From a virus (taxonomy: Duplodnaviria; Caudoviricetes), in IMG/VR virus record IMGVR_UViG_3300032297_000320, positions 1-59,403 of that record: a stretch of 59,403 nucleotides of DNA; one strand, given 5' to 3'. This document shows, piece by piece, positions 1 through 9,073 of the stretch. The translations under genes were made by a program, and so were the position numbers. The notes beneath the pieces were generated by a model. That model had not been told where the DNA came from. It ran no database searches and worked only from the letters and a program-made list of their open reading frames with translations. Each line of letters starts with the position of its first letter. Position 1 is the first letter of the stretch.

Positions 1-1
1 A

Positions 2-376
2 ATGACAACAGGAGAACTATTTCTAGCCATCGAAGAGTGGGCAGAACAACGCAACATCATCAGCCCAGAGAACCGCGGCCGTCAGGCACTGAAGGTTATG
101 GAAGAGGTTGGAGAGACTATGGCCGCACTAGCACGTGGTAAGCAGGACGAACTGAAGGACGGCATCGGTGACTCGATTGTTACTCTGATCATCCTTGCGG
201 CTCAGTCAGGGTTCAGCGCACACGATTGCCTCCAGTCTGCATACAACGAGATCAAGGACCGTAAGGGTAAGACCGTTGACGGCGTATTCATCAAGGAGCT
301 ATGTAGAGTTGGTAGCAGTATGGTGTTAACCACACCGAGTACGACCGCGTTGGTTCGTACGCCATCGTCACGATGA
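2..376 (+). CDS. MazG-like nucleotide pyrophosphohydrolase
   Basis: EEWAEQRNI...KVMEEVGE...DGIGDSIVTL...AYNEIKDRKGK..DGVFIKE, typical of phage MazG-like proteins. Confidence 0.9.
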   Translation: MTTGELFLAIEEWAEQRNIISPENRGRQALKVMEEVGETMAALARGKQDELKDGIGDSIVTLIILAAQSGFSAHDCLQSAYNEIKDRKGKTVDGVFIKELCRVGSSMVLTTPSTTALVRTPSSR

Positions 377-454
377 GCTTTGACCAACCCAATTGTCCTT
401 TCTATCTAGGGCTTTTCGGGGTCGCAAAGTCAGGTAGATATAATTTCATTTGCA

Positions 455-487
455 ACTTGCGTATCTCGGAGGGTTGGAATACTTTTG
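455..487 (+). promoter_or_regulatory. Bacteroidota-type promoter (ACTTG-N20-TACTTTTG)
   Basis: -33 TTG and -7 TAnnTTTG elements upstream of the methyltransferase ATG at 530. Confidence 0.7.
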
Positions 488-529
488 ATGAGGCTAAAAC
501 CCAACTTTGCAACAAAGCAATTAAACTCA

Positions 530-1813
530 ATGAAAATAAACCAACTAGACCTGTTTAGCGGAATCGGTGGATTCCACTTAGGCTTTGAACGAGCAGGCTA
601 TAAGGTGAACTCTTTCTTCTCGGAGATAGACCCACACGCTATTGCTGTCTACAAACACAAATTCCCAAAATCAACTTATGTCGGATCAGTTACAGATGTT
701 CGAGGAGCAGACCTCCCACGCATCGACCTTATCACCTTTGGAAGTCCTTGCCAAGACTTCAGCCTTGCTGGAAAACGTAAAGGAATGGATGGAGACAGAT
801 CAAGCCTTATCCTTGAAGCAATTCGCCTCATTGGGGAATGCCGACCAAGAGTATTTGTCTGGGAAAATGTTAAAGGAACTTTCTCCTCAAACTCTGGCGA
901 AGACTTTGCGGCAATCCTCCAAGCGTTTGCCAACATTGGGGGCTATCGACTTGAATGGCAACTGCTTAATACATCGTGGTTTCTACCCCAAAACAGAGAG
1001 CGCATTTACCTTGTCGGATATTCTGCAGAACCCAAGCGAAATTGGAGAGGAGTTTTTCCTATCGAAGTTGAGTCAGGAAAGAATTATGGGGTATCGGGAC
1101 AACAAGCAAACACCAATACAATCCTACAGCGATACGGAAACGACGCACAAGGAAGCTATATTATTGAACGTAAACTCAATGCACAAGTAAAGCAGGTTGG
1201 TACTCGTCTTGATTCCAATGGCGGTACCCAGCCATACCAACAAGACAGAGTCTACGATGCTGAAGGAATTGCTCCTGCGCTCAACCAAGGAAAGAGCGAC
1301 CTAATTCTACGAGTTAAGTCTGCAACATCTGTTGGCTATGAGGAGGCTACATATGGTGACAGCGTAAACCTAGCACAGCCTAACAGCGACACACGTCGTG
1401 GACGAGTTTGTAAACAGAAGGCTCAAACGCTAGAGACTAGTTGCAACCAAGGCGTAATAGAGCCAATCTTTACCTACGAAGCAGCTAACGAAACCGTGCG
1501 GAGAAATACCTTCATTGAGGGAGAAATCAAAGCACTTGACTTCTACAACAAAGCTGTTCGTGATGAGTCTCCAACACTGACTGATCCAAAGCACAACAGC
1601 GTAGGGTTATTTGATGGATACCGAATCCGTAGGCTTACTCCCATTGAGTGTGAACGACTCCAGGGATTTCCTGATGACCATACATCATTCGGCAACTACG
1701 ATGGAGAAGTCAAGTCTATGAGCAGAAACCAACGCTACAAGCAGTGCGGCAACGCGGTAACTGTAGATGTAGTTCAGGCTGTAGCAGAACAAGTAAAACC
1801 ACTATTCAAATGA
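530..1813 (+). CDS. dcm: C5 cytosine DNA methyltransferase (alpha polypeptide)
   Basis: Motifs I (DLFSGIGG), IV (GSPCQDFS), VI (WENVKG), VIII (QNRERIY), RRLTPIECERLQGFPD and X (YKQCGNAV); ATG at 530. Confidence 0.95.
   Translation: MKINQLDLFSGIGGFHLGFERAGYKVNSFFSEIDPHAIAVYKHKFPKSTYVGSVTDVRGADLPRIDLITFGSPCQDFSLAGKRKGMDGDRSSLILEAIRLIGECRPRVFVWENVKGTFSSNSGEDFAAILQAFANIGGYRLEWQLLNTSWFLPQNRERIYLVGYSAEPKRNWRGVFPIEVESGKNYGVSGQQANTNTILQRYGNDAQGSYIIERKLNAQVKQVGTRLDSNGGTQPYQQDRVYDAEGIAPALNQGKSDLILRVKSATSVGYEEATYGDSVNLAQPNSDTRRGRVCKQKAQTLETSCNQGVIEPIFTYEAANETVRRNTFIEGEIKALDFYNKAVRDESPTLTDPKHNSVGLFDGYRIRRLTPIECERLQGFPDDHTSFGNYDGEVKSMSRNQRYKQCGNAVTVDVVQAVAEQVKPLFK
678..1190 (+). CDS. Alternative-frame beta polypeptide of the C5 methyltransferase (M.EcoHK31I beta-like)
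   Basis: Stop-free +1-frame ORF nested in dcm, containing PKTESAFTLSDILQ..EIGEEFFLS; ATG at 678. Confidence 0.7.
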   Translation: MSDQLQMFEEQTSHASTLSPLEVLAKTSALLENVKEWMETDQALSLKQFASLGNADQEYLSGKMLKELSPQTLAKTLRQSSKRLPTLGAIDLNGNCLIHRGFYPKTESAFTLSDILQNPSEIGEEFFLSKLSQERIMGYRDNKQTPIQSYSDTETTHKEAILLNVNSMHK

Positions 1814-2256
1814 AAGACTCAGCAAATAAAATAACTAGAACAGCAAACGCAGTACGCGACCTTCTACTTGAGAAGAATGCAGCATACGGAGACTCAGCAC
1901 TTAAGCCATCAAACATCTTTGCTCGTGGCTCTGCTGTTGACAACATCGCCTGCCGTATCGACGACAAGCTGATGCGCATCAAGAACAAAGGGTTAAACGA
2001 TGCAACAGAAGACACACTACAAGACCTTATAGGTTACTTAATCCTACTTAAAATCGCAATTGAAGATGAGCGTGCTCAGCCAACCAATAACAATCTTTCC
2101 GAGCGTAACACAAACGGATACCCCAACGTACATAACAGTAGCTTCAGCGCTCCAAAGAATCTCGACTGGTGGGAAACACCTAGCGTTGGTAGAACAAGTA
2201 AGGCAAGGACAGAAGGAAGCAAAGAAGAAGCTTCCGGTGATCCTATGGGCAGGTGA
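1810..2256 (+). CDS. DUF1599/nucleotide-modification-associated domain 1-like protein
   Basis: KNAAYGDS...RIDDKLMRI...EDTLQDLIGYLIL; ATGA coupling to the dcm stop. Confidence 0.75.
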   Translation: MKDSANKITRTANAVRDLLLEKNAAYGDSALKPSNIFARGSAVDNIACRIDDKLMRIKNKGLNDATEDTLQDLIGYLILLKIAIEDERAQPTNNNLSERNTNGYPNVHNSSFSAPKNLDWWETPSVGRTSKARTEGSKEEASGDPMGR

Positions 2257-3892
2257 GTTTGAGTCGCGTCGTGACGACGCAATAAAGAACCATAGCGGAC
2301 TGATTGTCCTTGACTTCGACCACATCGACGTTGAGGGTAGCAAGAACGTTCTATCTACAGACAAGTTCGTGTTTGCCTGTTGGATATCACCTTCAGGAGA
2401 AGGCCTCAAGGCGCTTGTCCGCATCTCAAACCCCAGCCTACACCGAGACCACTTCCGTGCGCTTCAAGCCTACTTCGATAAAGAGTACGGACTTGAGGTA
2501 GACCCATCGGGAATCAACGAGTCTCGTGCCTGCTTCGATAGCTACGACCCAGAGATTGTCGTCAACGAAGACTCGCTAATCTTTGGGCAGATGCTGTCGG
2601 AGAAAGCCATCTCACAGAAGGCTGAGCAGAAGGACCACTACACCGACTACAACAAGTTAGCTATTGTCTCTTCAATGGTCCGCCGTGCAGAGGATGGGGA
2701 GAAGCACGCCACACTACTGAAGGCTGCAATGTTGTGCGGTGGTTATATTGCTGTTGGAAGAATAGAGGAGGATGAAGCCTTCCACGTACTTGAGCGTGAG
2801 ATACTACGTCGTGATGTAGACTCTATCGAGACAGCAAGGAACACCATCCGTGATGGTATCGAAAAGGGCAAGACAATGCCCATCCGGGAGGTACTCGAGA
2901 ACGAGAATGCTGTCAAGCTAGAGATGATGATTAACGATGGCGATATGTCGTTTATCTCATCCGATGACGAAGACTATCGTTGGATTCAGGACTACATCGA
3001 TGGTAAGCTACAAGTAGGTCTAAGCACTGGTTGTGTAAACCTAGACAAACACTTCTTATTTAAGCGTGACTTTACCATTATCAATGGTATCTCAAACATC
3101 GGTAAGTCTACCTTCGCCCTCTATATGATTGCATCTTCTGCGGTCCGCCACAATTGGCGGTGGATTATCTACTCTGCTGAAAACAAAACAGCATCAGTGA
3201 AGATGAAGCTTATCCAGTTCGCATCCAATATGCAGATTAAGGATATGAACCAAGTGCAACTCAAGAAGGCATACCAATGGGTGAACGAACACTTTACTAT
3301 TATCAGTAACAAGAACACCTATTCGTACACCGACCTTATGGTCTTTGCTGAGAAGCTTATCCGCCAAGGAAACTACGATGGGTACTTCATTGATCCATAC
3401 AACAGCCTTAAGATTCAGATGAGCAGTGGTACACCATTGTCCACCCACGACTACCACTACGAGGCAGCATCCGAGTTCCTTACCTTTAGTCAGTCCCACA
3501 ATATGGCGCTATGGTTATCTACCCACGCCATCACAGAAGCCCAACGCCGCAAGGGTATGGATGGCTTACCTCAGGCTCCGTTTGCAGAAGACACTGAAGG
3601 TGGGGGTAAGTTCGTCAACAAGAGCGATAACTTTTTAACGTTTCACCGGAAGATTCAGCATCCAGAAGCAGATATGAGAAGGACGGTAGAAATCCACGTT
3701 CGTAAGGTTCGTGAGGTAGAGTCAGGCGGTGAGCCAACAAGCCTTGACTTCCCTGTTCTATTTGAGATGAACAGACAGAATGTAGGATTCCTAAATAAGT
3801 TCACTGGTAAGCATATGTTTCAATCCATACTCAAGGACGAGCCTGTGCAAAAGTTTGTCTTTGAACCAAGTGATATCCACGATATCTTCTAA
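2066..3892 (+). CDS. Primase-helicase (BT4734/VirE-N-like primase fused to a DnaB-like SF4 helicase)
   Basis: HSGLIVLDFDH, WISPSGEGLK, Walker A GISNIGKS, FIDPYN, VRKVR. Confidence 0.85.
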   Translation: MSVLSQPITIFPSVTQTDTPTYITVASALQRISTGGKHLALVEQVRQGQKEAKKKLPVILWAGEFESRRDDAIKNHSGLIVLDFDHIDVEGSKNVLSTDKFVFACWISPSGEGLKALVRISNPSLHRDHFRALQAYFDKEYGLEVDPSGINESRACFDSYDPEIVVNEDSLIFGQMLSEKAISQKAEQKDHYTDYNKLAIVSSMVRRAEDGEKHATLLKAAMLCGGYIAVGRIEEDEAFHVLEREILRRDVDSIETARNTIRDGIEKGKTMPIREVLENENAVKLEMMINDGDMSFISSDDEDYRWIQDYIDGKLQVGLSTGCVNLDKHFLFKRDFTIINGISNIGKSTFALYMIASSAVRHNWRWIIYSAENKTASVKMKLIQFASNMQIKDMNQVQLKKAYQWVNEHFTIISNKNTYSYTDLMVFAEKLIRQGNYDGYFIDPYNSLKIQMSSGTPLSTHDYHYEAASEFLTFSQSHNMALWLSTHAITEAQRRKGMDGLPQAPFAEDTEGGGKFVNKSDNFLTFHRKIQHPEADMRRTVEIHVRKVREVESGGEPTSLDFPVLFEMNRQNVGFLNKFTGKHMFQSILKDEPVQKFVFEPSDIHDIF

Positions 3893-3904
3893 TATCTTTG
3901 GTTA

Positions 3905-4423
3905 ATGACAATTGATTGTAATGAAATTGAAGTATCAATACCAAAGCCTCCGTCACTTAATCAGCTCTACGCTGGCAAGTTTTGGACGTATCGCCACGGG
4001 CAAAAAGAAAAGTACTTTTCGGGTATTACCAGAGCGCTTGAAGGATATGATAAATGGACTATGGACCGCTTTGCTATCCATCTACGCTACAACTCTAGGT
4101 ATGATCTTGACAACTCTATTGTTGCTATTAAGTTTCTTGCAGATTATCTACGGTATAATGGATACGTTCACGACGATACTCCTAAATATTTCGTGGACCT
4201 TAGAATCACGTATGATGGAAACCTTAAGAAGGATCAGTACCTTGCTAAAATAATTTGTTACAACTATACTTTAATTGAAAATGACTCTAGAACAACTGAG
4301 CCGAATCTACTTCATAGCGACGAACCGAATCTCGGTAGCAAGCGCGGAACTGTACGAAGACCTACACGACGAAAAGGGAAGCCCGCTGCTCGACCAAAAG
4401 CAAGTAAGCGAAGTAACAAATAA
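3905..4423 (+). CDS. RusA-like Holliday junction resolvase
   Basis: PKPPSLN, RYDLDN, ADYL..GYVHDD acidic catalytic pattern. Confidence 0.75.
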   Translation: MTIDCNEIEVSIPKPPSLNQLYAGKFWTYRHGQKEKYFSGITRALEGYDKWTMDRFAIHLRYNSRYDLDNSIVAIKFLADYLRYNGYVHDDTPKYFVDLRITYDGNLKKDQYLAKIICYNYTLIENDSRTTEPNLLHSDEPNLGSKRGTVRRPTRRKGKPAARPKASKRSNK

Positions 4424-4499
4424 GTACTCACGCTCATTCCGTATCGAGCTTGATATGATTCGTGCGGCTCTGACAGAGTACAACGAGCAACACGGATGA
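4281..4499 (+). CDS. hypothetical protein
   Basis: ATG 4281; ATGA coupling to the next gene; phage-like codon use. Confidence 0.65.
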   Translation: MTLEQLSRIYFIATNRISVASAELYEDLHDEKGSPLLDQKQVSEVTNKYSRSFRIELDMIRAALTEYNEQHG

Positions 4500-5458
4500 T
4501 AACCATCGTACATATTGATGGCCTAAATGGTATCAACTACCACAGGCTTATCGTGCCCCTTCGTCGTCTTCAGGCGCAAGGGGTAAACCTGCATTGGATT
4601 GAGAACTTAGAACAGCTAAAGGAGATTAACCTTGATCCTGTAACTAATCTTATCATCTCAAGGAAGGCATCGATCAACAATCACCAGAAGTTTAGCCAAA
4701 TGCTTAAGAGCAATGGCGTCAAACTGATTCTTGACAATGACGACTACTGGACCCTTAATCCAGAGAATCCAGCCAAGGCTTTGTACGAAGTATACTACGG
4801 ACCAGATATCAAGAAAACCATTAGGATTGCTGACGTCATTTGGACTCCTTCAACGTACTTGGCAAAGCAGATGGCTGCAGTAAATCCAAAAGCTGTTATC
4901 GAATTCATAAACAACGCTATCGATGAAACGGAAGATCAGTGGAGAAACCATCGTAAATATAGTTCTAGTGATGTGCGCTTTGGGTACGTGGGTGCTCTTG
5001 GTCACATTAATGACATAAAGGAAATCGGATACGACTTCTCTAAAGTATACACGTTTGGTGTAGAAGGTATGGACTACGAAGAGATTCTTAAGTACGACAA
5101 GACTATGCCACCTCGTGACATATGGAACTACGGTAAGTTCTACAAGAACTTTGATGTAAGTCTAGTGCCACTTTCTGGTAACCGATTCAACTGGTGCAAG
5201 AGTGACCTTAAGGTTACAGAAGCGGCTTGGACAAAGACAGCTGTCATTGCTTCAAACACCAAACCCTACAGCAAGGTCATCCGCCACGGAGAGACTGGAC
5301 TTCTGTGCCGAACTAGAGAAGAGTGGGCTGAGGCTATCGAGTCTATGGACAAGAAGCTAGCCAAGACACTTGCGCGCAACTTGTTCGATGACCTTCGTGA
5401 TCACGAGGACTACAACCTCGACAAGATAAACCTTAAGCGGTTAAAGCACTTGTTTTGA
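4496..5458 (+). CDS. Glycosyltransferase (GT-B/GT4-like)
   Basis: YHRLIVP, DNDDYW, DVSLVPL..NRFNWCKSDLK..EA, VIASN..PY. Confidence 0.8.
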   Translation: MITIVHIDGLNGINYHRLIVPLRRLQAQGVNLHWIENLEQLKEINLDPVTNLIISRKASINNHQKFSQMLKSNGVKLILDNDDYWTLNPENPAKALYEVYYGPDIKKTIRIADVIWTPSTYLAKQMAAVNPKAVIEFINNAIDETEDQWRNHRKYSSSDVRFGYVGALGHINDIKEIGYDFSKVYTFGVEGMDYEEILKYDKTMPPRDIWNYGKFYKNFDVSLVPLSGNRFNWCKSDLKVTEAAWTKTAVIASNTKPYSKVIRHGETGLLCRTREEWAEAIESMDKKLAKTLARNLFDDLRDHEDYNLDKINLKRLKHLF

Positions 5459-5862
5459 TTAAGTACGAGAGAGAGCTGTTCAGGTTAATCAAGGAGCGAC
5501 TAGCTCCCGACTTAGAGTTAAGTGAGCATCAGATGTCTAAATATGATTGTTACTCAATTAGTTACAACGCAGACATCGAACTCAAGTGCAGGAACCGCCA
5601 CTATAACGATTTAGTTATAGAGAAGATTAAGTACGATGCTCTTGTCGCCCGGGCTTCTATGTTTGGAACGGTCCCGGTATATATCAACTCAACTCCCATC
5701 GGGGTGTGGTCGTTCCGTTTGACGGAGCTTCCAGAGCCATCGTGGGAGGAGCGTCGTATGCCAAAGACTACCCACTTCTCTAACAACAATATGATTGTCA
5801 AGGTGGTAGGATACTACAATATTTCTTTAGGAAAAAACATAACGGACTTGCTAGGTTTGTAG
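5455..5862 (+). CDS. PD-(D/E)XK-like nuclease
   Basis: SKYDC...IELKCR...IEKIKY. Confidence 0.6.
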   Translation: MIKYERELFRLIKERLAPDLELSEHQMSKYDCYSISYNADIELKCRNRHYNDLVIEKIKYDALVARASMFGTVPVYINSTPIGVWSFRLTELPEPSWEERRMPKTTHFSNNNMIVKVVGYYNISLGKNITDLLGL

Positions 5863-5878
5863 CCTATTCATATCTTCG
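5846..5878 (+). promoter_or_regulatory. Promoter upstream of nrdB (ACTTG-N20-TATCTTCG)
   Basis: Same spacing as four other + strand promoters. Confidence 0.6.
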
Positions 5879-5888
5879 CATTCCGTTT

Positions 5889-5912
5889 GGGTCACAGCTG
5901 TGGCCCTTTTTT
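5889..5912 (+). terminator. Intrinsic terminator-like hairpin
   Basis: gggtcacagctgtggccc followed by T6. Confidence 0.55.
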
Positions 5913-5934
5913 GTCTAATCTAAAACCAATCAAT

Positions 5935-6930
5935 ATGGGACTGTTCGACGAACGAATCCATTATAAGCCATTCGAGTACAACGTGTACTTCACAGATGGG
6001 TGGCTTCCTCAGGCACAAGCCTTCTGGCTTCACACTGAAATCCCAATGCAGGGTGACGTCAAGGACTTCCGAGAGAACCTTACGGACGCTGAACGCAATC
6101 TAGTTGGTAACATCCTACTTGGCTTTGCTCAAACAGAAACTGCTGTTGGTGATTACTGGACTAGTATGGTAACCAAGTGGTTTCCCAAGCACGAGATTAA
6201 GCAGATGGCTATGATGTTCGGATCACAGGAGACCATCCACGCTGCAGCATACAGCTACCTCAACGAGACACTCGGCCTTGAAGACTTCGAGGCATTCCTT
6301 CACGAGCCTTCTACCGCGGCACGCTTTGAGAACCTCGTAAACACTAAGGCAGGATATGATCATAACGTTCTGAAGATTAGCCCAGTAGGACGCAAAGACA
6401 TTGCTCGTTCTATCGCTGTGTTCTCTGCGTTTGCAGAAGGAGTAGCTCTGTACTCATCCTTTGCTGTTCTCTACTCGTTCCAGATGCGTAACCTACTTAA
6501 AGGTATTGGACAGCAAATGAAGTGGAGCGTACGTGACGAGAGCCTCCATAGTAAGATGGGTTGCGTTCTGTTCAACCACGTATGCCAAGAGTATCCTACC
6601 ATCCGTGCCGAGGTACGCAAAGAAGTAGAGGAGGCCGCACGTATTGCTGTTGATCTAGAGGTAAACTTCATCGACAAGATGTTTGAGATGGGGGACCTTG
6701 AGAACCTGAAGGCAGACGACCTTAAGGAGTTCATCAAGATGCGTGCAAACGAGAAGCTTGTTGAGCTTGGCTACGAAGCAATCATCCCATACGATGCTGA
6801 GAAAGCTGCTGAACTTGAGTGGTTCAACCACTTATCTGGAGGAGTAACACACACCGACTTCTTTGCTGTTCGCCCCACGGACTACAGCAAGGCAGGAGAA
6901 GGAGAAGACTTTGAGGACATATGGACGTAA
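5935..6930 (+). CDS. nrdB: Ribonucleotide reductase class Ia beta subunit
   Basis: ETIHAAAY, EGVALYSSF, RDESLH and TDFF diiron/radical motifs. Confidence 0.97.
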   Translation: MGLFDERIHYKPFEYNVYFTDGWLPQAQAFWLHTEIPMQGDVKDFRENLTDAERNLVGNILLGFAQTETAVGDYWTSMVTKWFPKHEIKQMAMMFGSQETIHAAAYSYLNETLGLEDFEAFLHEPSTAARFENLVNTKAGYDHNVLKISPVGRKDIARSIAVFSAFAEGVALYSSFAVLYSFQMRNLLKGIGQQMKWSVRDESLHSKMGCVLFNHVCQEYPTIRAEVRKEVEEAARIAVDLEVNFIDKMFEMGDLENLKADDLKEFIKMRANEKLVELGYEAIIPYDAEKAAELEWFNHLSGGVTHTDFFAVRPTDYSKAGEGEDFEDIWT

Positions 6931-7226
6931 TAGATAAAATCGAAATCATTCTCAATACTGTTTGCTACGGGTACGAAATCAAACCTATAGCAATCAGAGC
7001 AAAGAATAGGCAATCTAACATTCGTGAGGCAAGACAACTAGTTGCCTACCTCGTTAGAGAATACACAGAGTTATCTCTACCTAAAGTTGGATTTGTAATC
7101 AACAGAGACCACACAACAGTAATCCACTCAATAAAGGTGGTACGAAACGAAATCGAGTTCAACAAGGACTATCGACGCAAGTACGAACTCATTAACGAAA
7201 TAATCAAAACTAGAATCTATGGCTAA
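6921..7226 (+). CDS. Stand-alone DnaA C-terminal (domain IV) HTH protein
   Basis: EARQLVAYL.RE.T.LSLPKVG...NRDHTTVIHS. Confidence 0.85.
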   Translation: MDVIDKIEIILNTVCYGYEIKPIAIRAKNRQSNIREARQLVAYLVREYTELSLPKVGFVINRDHTTVIHSIKVVRNEIEFNKDYRRKYELINEIIKTRIYG

Positions 7227-8997
7227 GAACTACGGAGACGACTACGGATGGGTACTCGGAGTAGACTACCCGGAATGGGGCAACACTGATGTGTACTGCA
7301 AGACAATCTCAAAGGGATACCTGCTTCCGGGCGAAACACCGCGTGATGCCTACTGGCGTGCAGCTAACGCTGCGGCTAAGCGCCTCTACAAGCCTGAGCT
7401 TGCGGAGAAGTTCTTTGAGTACATCTGGAACAACTGGCTTGGCCTCGCTACACCAGTGCTAGCAAATATGGGTACCGACCGCGGCCTGCCCATCAGCTGT
7501 TTTGGTATTGACGTTGCTGACAGTGTTCACGACATCGGGGCTAAGAACCTCGAGATGATGATGCTAGCCAAACACGGAGGCGGCGTAGGTATCGGAGTCA
7601 ATATGCTTCGTCCATCGGGGTCACCTATCTCCAACAGCAATGGTACTACCGATGGCGTGGTTCCGTTCTGTAAGATCTACGACTCAACTATCCTTGCTAC
7701 TTCTCAGGGTAACGTACGTCGCGGTGCCGCATCTGTCAACCTCAACATCGAGCACGGAGACTTTTGGGATTGGATTGAAATTCGCGAGCCTAAGGGTGAC
7801 GTGAACCGCCAGTCACTGAACCTACACCAGTGTGTAGTTGTGTCAGATAAGTTTATGCGTAAGCTGGAGGATGGCGATGACGAGGCCCGTAAGCGTTGGT
7901 CTAAAGTTATCCAAAAGCGCAAGGCCACTGGTGAGCCTTACATTATGTACCGCGGCAACGTAAACAAGCAGAACCCTGAGCCGTACAAGCACAACGGCCT
8001 GAAGGTTTATATGACCAACATCTGTTCGGAAATCACACTCCACACAGACGAGTCACACAGTTTTGTCTGCTGTCTTTCTTCACTCAACCTCGCTAAGTAC
8101 GACGAGTGGAAGGACACAGATCTAGTCTACTACTCCACGTTCTTCTTGGACGGGGTGCTAGAGGAGTTCATCCAGAAAGCCAAGAATATGAAGGGCTTCG
8201 AAAATTCGGTTCGCTCCGCTGAAAAGGGACGGGCACTTGGACTGGGCGTACTCGGATGGCACACCTACCTGCAGCAACGTGGAGTACCTTTTGAGGGCCT
8301 ACAAGCCCAGCTCGAGACCCGTAAGATTTTCTCCCACATTAAGATGGAGAGCGATCGTGCGAGTCGTGATATGGCACGCATCTACGGCGAGCCTTTGTGG
8401 TGCCGTGGGTTCGGTGTTCGTAACACCCACCTGCGTGCAATCGCACCAACTGTCTCCAACAGCAAACTAAGCGGTAACGTAAGTGCAGGCATTGAGCCGT
8501 GGGCAGCGAATGTGTTTACCGAGCAGTCAGCTAAGGGTACGTTCATTCGTAAAAACCCCACATTGGAGCGCTTACTGAAGAAGATTGGTGCCAACACTAA
8601 AGAGGTGTGGGATCAGATCCTTGCCGACGGAGGTTCTGTTCAGGAGCTTGCTGCGCTTGAGCCTTGGTTCTACCAACGTGGTAAGCTTGTACACCAAGAC
8701 GAACTTGATGCTATGATTGATAGCGTTCCAGTAAAGGATGTGTTCAAGACCTTCAAGGAGATCAACCAGCTTGACCTTGTAATCCAAGCAGGTCTACGTC
8801 AGCAGTACATTGACCAAGCTGTTAGTCTTAACCTTGCGTTTCCATCGGAGGCAACTCCGAAGTGGATCAACCAAGTCCATATGGAGGCTTGGCGTCAAGG
8901 AGTAAAGACGCTGTACTATATGCGAACTGAGTCAGTGCTACGTGGAGATATCGCTAGTAAGGCGATGAACCCCGACTGCTTGAGCTGCGACGGTTAG
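7219..8997 (+). CDS. nrdA: Ribonucleotide reductase class Ia alpha subunit
   Basis: ISCF, TNICSEI, VCCLSSLN, AIAPT, KTLYYMR, C-terminal CLSC. Confidence 0.97.
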   Translation: MAKNYGDDYGWVLGVDYPEWGNTDVYCKTISKGYLLPGETPRDAYWRAANAAAKRLYKPELAEKFFEYIWNNWLGLATPVLANMGTDRGLPISCFGIDVADSVHDIGAKNLEMMMLAKHGGGVGIGVNMLRPSGSPISNSNGTTDGVVPFCKIYDSTILATSQGNVRRGAASVNLNIEHGDFWDWIEIREPKGDVNRQSLNLHQCVVVSDKFMRKLEDGDDEARKRWSKVIQKRKATGEPYIMYRGNVNKQNPEPYKHNGLKVYMTNICSEITLHTDESHSFVCCLSSLNLAKYDEWKDTDLVYYSTFFLDGVLEEFIQKAKNMKGFENSVRSAEKGRALGLGVLGWHTYLQQRGVPFEGLQAQLETRKIFSHIKMESDRASRDMARIYGEPLWCRGFGVRNTHLRAIAPTVSNSKLSGNVSAGIEPWAANVFTEQSAKGTFIRKNPTLERLLKKIGANTKEVWDQILADGGSVQELAALEPWFYQRGKLVHQDELDAMIDSVPVKDVFKTFKEINQLDLVIQAGLRQQYIDQAVSLNLAFPSEATPKWINQVHMEAWRQGVKTLYYMRTESVLRGDIASKAMNPDCLSCDG

Positions 8998-9073
8998 AGC
9001 ACTTAGCATACTCGCAGTTACCATCACAAGCTGTTGGTCTAGTTTCACACCAGCCTACCACAGCAGGATCGAG

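Noticed and set aside
296-381. tRNA (TGGTA, a 7-nt loop hairpin and GGTTCG are present)
   Set aside because: No proper T-arm, acceptor stem or CCA; arm spacing does not fit a cloverleaf
3912-4253. 113-aa alternative-frame ORF inside rusA
   Set aside because: No recognisable motif, unlike the nested ORF in dcm; likely chance
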